From Pseudomonadota bacterium (GTDB taxonomy: Bacteria > Bdellovibrionota > Bdellovibrionia > Bdellovibrionales > Bdellovibrionaceae), in NCBI GenBank assembly GCA_041178425.1, contig JBEGVH010000030.1, positions 224,001-288,000 on the forward strand: 64,000 nucleotides of DNA, read 5' to 3'. This document shows, piece after piece, positions 62,610 to 64,000 of this stretch (positions within the stretch are counted from its first letter, which is position 1; each line of letters starts with the position of its first letter). The notes under the pieces were generated by a model. It ran no database searches, had not been told where the DNA came from, and saw only the letters and a program-made list of their open reading frames with translations. The position numbers were made by a program, and so were the translations under genes.

Positions 62610-63746
62610 ATGACGATGAGAGAAAATTTTTTAGTTGTAATAATGATCTCAACTTTTATTTATCCCAAGGTTAGTCTTGCCCAAAATAACCAAGGCGTCA
62701 ATTTTAGCGGTGTAGACACCGCCACCGCTTCGGGTAGTGCCAAGCAGGGCTCAAGCGACCAAGCGGCTGGTGCCGCATTGAATGGAACATTGGCTGGAAC
62801 GATGGCCGTAGCAGGCGCCTACTATAAAGCAGAAGCTGCTACATGTGCCGCAGCTGCCGCAACCGGCTGCAATCCTGCCCCGCTTGAAATGCAGTCTACA
62901 TTTTATTTCATCCAAGCGGCCCTCGGGGCCGCCCAAGCCCTCGCTCAAGGACTTACCTCTGGGGCCAACAACGATAAGTCTAATACTTTTAGAAATGGAC
63001 TCAATTTCCCGAATGGAAAAAACTCTCCCCCCAATACGAATACTACCCCTCCCGCAGTTGATCCAAATAACCAGGACCCAGATTCGAACCCGTTGGCTGA
63101 TGATCCCGATAAGGGTCGACTTCCTGATCCCGACAAAACTGATACCAATACTATTGCTGGTTTGAGTCCAAATTCATTAGATGCATTGAAAGGTCTCTCT
63201 CCTGGTGCCTACGAAGCAATTAAAAAACTCGGTGCTGCTGGCTATAAAATCGATCCAAAAACAAGTTCGGTGACAACTCCCGATGGAACCACCATTACCC
63301 CCTCAGATGCCTCAAATCCTTCGACTCTAGATTCTAAGTTGGGTCTGAGCCCTGGAACATCCGCAAGAGGAATGCAAGCTGTTCAAGACATCGCAAAAAA
63401 ATACCAAGCTGATCATGGTGGTCTCGGCGGAGGCAGTGGCGATGGCTCGTTGGCAGGGGCCGGCAGTGGCGCTGATGGGTATGGAGCCGGCGACAAAGAG
63501 GGCCCTGGTGGCAAATACAATCCCAATAAATCCGGAGCCAAACCTGGGGACGTGGCAGGTCGCCTACCGGCCTCGGCGCTCGTAGCAGGTCTCACTTCTA
63601 AGTACAACGGCGAAAATATCGGTGTGGCTGCCGACAATATCTTCACGATGGTTCAACGCCGCTATCAACTCAAGAACGAGCAAGATTCTTTTATTATTAC
63701 GGATCAACCGAATCAAAAAAGTTTCTTTAATGCCCCCCGAAATTAA
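62610..63746 (+). CDS. Secreted Ala/Gly-rich protein
   Basis: Signal peptide ending SLA; hydrophobic Ala hairpin with a Cys pair; C-terminal IFTMVQRRY; 2 bp after the previous gene. Confidence 0.8.
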   Translation: MTMRENFLVVIMISTFIYPKVSLAQNNQGVNFSGVDTATASGSAKQGSSDQAAGAALNGTLAGTMAVAGAYYKAEAATCAAAAATGCNPAPLEMQSTFYFIQAALGAAQALAQGLTSGANNDKSNTFRNGLNFPNGKNSPPNTNTTPPAVDPNNQDPDSNPLADDPDKGRLPDPDKTDTNTIAGLSPNSLDALKGLSPGAYEAIKKLGAAGYKIDPKTSSVTTPDGTTITPSDASNPSTLDSKLGLSPGTSARGMQAVQDIAKKYQADHGGLGGGSGDGSLAGAGSGADGYGAGDKEGPGGKYNPNKSGAKPGDVAGRLPASALVAGLTSKYNGENIGVAADNIFTMVQRRYQLKNEQDSFIITDQPNQKSFFNAPRN

Positions 63747-63902
63747 CTTTAGTTTTATTTTTTAATTTTAAAATAATTCTTATTTAGAGCCGCTCTCCGC
63801 GGCTCTTTTGCGTTGGAGTGAGCCAAAACGAACAGAGATAACTCCCGATCTGAGACACTCAAAATTAACTTGGTTTTGACAGACTTTATTTTCAGAACCC
63901 TC

Positions 63903-63929
63903 TTTAGTCCAGTCCAGCCGAGCCGATAA
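63903..63929 (+). promoter_or_regulatory. Probable sigma28 promoter for a gene continuing past the window
   Basis: TTTA-N15-GCCGATAA with a perfect -10 box; ATG at 63970 is open to the window end. Confidence 0.65.
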
Positions 63930-64000
63930 GTTTAAGGTAAATAGGAAGCACAAGAAAGGTTTCACCTCAATGAAAGCTGAACGTCGCATAACCAACAGAA

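Noticed and set aside
63938..64000. Prepilin-like KKGFT in the terminal frame
   Set aside because: It is followed by SMKAERR with no hydrophobic helix, and lies upstream of the likely ATG at 63970.

Overview
A gene-dense chromosomal window, very probably from a predatory Bdellovibrionota bacterium. This assignment is inferred from a YQGRIL-type trimeric fibre protein, an FQNC-lipobox lipoprotein, short tandem flagellins, a Tad-domain gene and Cys/Gly-rich secreted proteins. Core content: fadD-like ligase, LOG, M3 peptidase-nadK-recN, two 275-aa flagellins, a partial dcw cluster (ftsW-murG-murC-ftsQ-ftsA-ftsZ) followed by lpxH, nadA, an LpoB-like/COG3014 pair, rpsB-tsf-pyrH-frr-uppS-cdsA-rseP-tsaB-MinD/FleN-like-J/HTH-rluD-pgeF, msrAB, galU-priA and nagZ. 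No rRNA, tRNA, CRISPR array, integrase or transposase was recognised. The most unusual signal is non-coding, in the flagellin locus. A 36-nt stretch upstream of the second flagellin carries two adjacent segments that are reverse-complementary to hairpin-displayed sequences in the 5' leader (15 nt perfect) and 3' trailer (12 nt perfect) of the sigma28-driven first flagellin. This suggests RNA-RNA cross-regulation between paralogues, or inversion sites. The locus is also flanked by a GTAG-type REP-like element and a 160-bp palindromic element. Other leads: a 45-aa basic protein missed by the ORF track, an orphan DUF4123-like fusion, a degenerate ATPase/J-domain gene pair, a fibre adhesin with a fibrinogen-like tip, and two secreted proteins with a shared C-terminal motif behind the Tad gene. 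All protein calls come from motif recognition by eye; no database search was run.
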